Below are positions 61,637 through 64,000 of a DNA stretch of 64,000 bases, one piece after another. Below the pieces are notes generated by a model, which was not told the origin of the DNA, searched no databases, and was given only the letters and a program-made list of their open reading frames with translations. This stretch comes from Malacoraja senta (lineage: Eukaryota), in the NCBI GenBank assembly GCA_038087875.1, contig CM075995.1, positions 870,001-934,000 of the forward strand. The letters run 5' to 3'. The position numbers and the translations under genes are program-made. Numbering within the stretch: position 1 is the stretch's first letter; each line of letters begins with the position of its first letter.

Positions 61637-63360
61637 TTAAATGAAGTGGTACACAATAAACTGTTTTAAGATTTACTTTGCTTGTTTCGTGTGTGTTAAA
61701 TAAGACCATTCGGAGTAGAAATAGATGTATTTGAATTAGTAGCAGAATTAGGTGTATTATTAGCAGCTCAGCAGATCCTGAACATCAGGAATATGCTTGG
61801 TTTGTTGTGTCCTAAGCATTATTGAGATGTAAAGGTTGTGAAAACATAAATGAAAAGGTTTTTAAAGCGCTGCAATATTTAAGCCGCTGCATAAAATAGT
61901 TCAAAACATTTTATTTTAATTATTAAGATCAATTATGAAATCTATTGCAGTTAAAAAGTTGTAACTAGTGGTAGGCCAGCTAACCCTCTGGGTTGGAGGA
62001 ATGCAGACATACACCTCTACCAGACTCCAAAATCCATCAGCCGGAATTGAGCACATCACAAATATGTGTCATATTCAATTACTGAATCGAAGCAGGCTTT
62101 TGTTTTTAAAGATGCGGATTTTTAAACATTGGTAGCATTCATTATTGAGCTTATTATTATTTTTAATGCTTCTGATGAGCACGCTATTCAAAAAACTAGA
62201 AGAAACTTAAATGAAAAGATAAAATTAACCAGCTGACCTTGCCAGGCTTCCGCAAAACATGTGATTGACAAATGTTCTGATTTCAACAGTTTAATGGTGC
62301 AATGGAGCTTTATTTGTCACACATGCAACTGCACAGTGAAATTCTTTTTGCATATATTACACATGCTGGTGCCGCTAATTTTGACGCCATTATTCAAAGT
62401 CCAAAGTCCGGTCGGCCCACGTGTTCATTGTACTGGAGCAGTTCCTGCGAGCCGACATCCGTCTATGCTCCTCGCCCGGCCATCTTTGTGTCCTGGGGGG
62501 ACGCGTCATGCAGTCTACTTGAAGGTGCTGGAGGCATCACCCCGGTTCATCCTCCTATTGGCCCGTGCTCCTTGCATCTGGCATCTCCAGCTCCCTCACG
62601 GTGACACCGACCGACGAGACATCGGGCGGGTTCCCGGTGCAGCCATCCAACAAGCCATCATGCGAGGTCCCAGTCCCGTCGACCGATGAGCCTTTAGGTG
62701 GGTTCTCAGTCCAGCTCTCCGACGAGCCTTCCAGCTGGGCACCAAGGCAACATAAAGTGTAGATGGAGTCAATGGAAAGGTGGTTGTTTCAGCTATATGA
62801 GAAGTTATGACTTCAGGTCCATGTGTACTGACAGTCAATTACCCCATTGTACATTTCATAGCAAGAAATTATTACTGGTTATTATTGTACTTTTTTGGAG
62901 ACATTTACCAAAATGTCACTCATCCGATGTCTCTAGAAATGTTTTGCTTCCGATCCGAGATGATGCAAAGCGAGTTCTTAGACTCACTTAGTTCTTAGAC
63001 ATGTGAGTTCTTAGACATGAGCTGATTTGTATGTATATGAGATTCATTGATCCGTACCCTGGATTAGTTAACCTTGATTATATTTATAAGATGTTTCATT
63101 TAATAATCTTAACATCATATTCTTGCCTGTGACGCCATTTTGTTTCAATTGTCTTCCTCAGCTAAGCTTGAGATTTAATAGTTTAATGAAGTTAATGACA
63201 TTCATGATACGTGTGGCATACTATGTTTCTTTGTCCAGTATTTCAACAAATCCAGTTATTCACATGCAACCAATATTAAATAATTGGCAGGAATTCCTTT
63301 AATTACTGTGAACAAATGGAGAATACTTCTGCTCGTTATACACCAACCAACTCTTCCACA

Positions 63361-63898
63361 ACATAGAAACATAGAAAATAGGTGCAGGAGGAGGCCATTC
63401 GGCCCTTCGAGCCAGCACCGCCATTCATTGTGATCATGGTTGATCATCCACAATCAGTAAACCATGCCTGCCTTCTCTCCATACCCCTTGATTCCACTAG
63501 CCCCTAGAGCTCTATCTAACTCTCTTTAAATTCATCCAGTGAATTGACCTCCACTGCCTTCTGTGGCAGAGAAATCCACAAATTCACAACTCTCCGGGTG
63601 AAAACATTTTTTTTTCATGTCAGTTTTAAATGACCTCCCCTTTATTCTTAGACTGTGGCCTCTGGTTCTGGACTCCTCCAACATTGGGAACATTTTTCCT
63701 GCATCTAGCTTGTCCAGTCCTTTTATAATTTTATATGTTTCTATAAGATTCCCTCTCATCCTTCAAAATTCCAGTGAATACAAGTCCAGTCTTTCCAATC
63801 TTTCCTCATATGACAGTCCCGCCATCCCGGGAATTAACCTTGTGAACCCACGCTTCACTCCCTCAATAGCAAGGATATCCTTCCTCAAATTAGGAGAA
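63361..63898 (-). mobile_element. CR1 LINE 3' end
   Basis: PNLRKDILAIEG..SRTRGHSL; (catagaaa)n tail. Confidence 0.88.
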
Positions 63899-64000
63899 AT
63901 CAACCTTAGAATCATAGTCATAGAGAGAGCAATGTACAGCAAAGAAATGAGCCCATCGGCCAACCTTGTCTCTGCTTTTGAATATCTCCACTAATCCCAT

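Noticed and set aside
62965..63020. Short agttcttagac repeats
   Set aside because: Local slippage duplication with no further structure

Overview
Vertebrate genomic DNA. The repeat landscape (HE1-type V-SINEs, CR1/HER1-type LINEs) points to a cartilaginous fish, probably a skate or ray (inference). Two host genes lie on the minus strand. The 3' half of pro-epidermal growth factor (EGF) is present as 10 phase-compatible GT-AG exons between 61631 and about 32330, covering YWTD repeats, EGF/cbEGF modules, mature EGF, the TM segment and a cytoplasmic tail. Downstream are two exons of an STMND1-like gene (11184-11345, 1898-2055). Most of the remainder is transposable elements: CR1 and Rex1/Babar LINE fragments, a 5.7-kb Tx1 LINE, a 5' half DIRS retrotransposon with an apparent leader intron, Harbinger MITEs, Penelope-like elements (PLEs), and a 9-kb hAT-bounded composite with a perfect 8-bp TSD. 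The most striking non-coding signal is about 20 copies of a roughly 130-nt PLE-terminal unit carrying a minimal hammerhead-ribozyme core (CTGAAGA-stem-GAAACGTC). Many copies occur as free-standing palindromic pairs inside EGF introns. There is a 200-N assembly gap at 14750-14949. All calls are by eye; repeat boundaries without TSDs are approximate.
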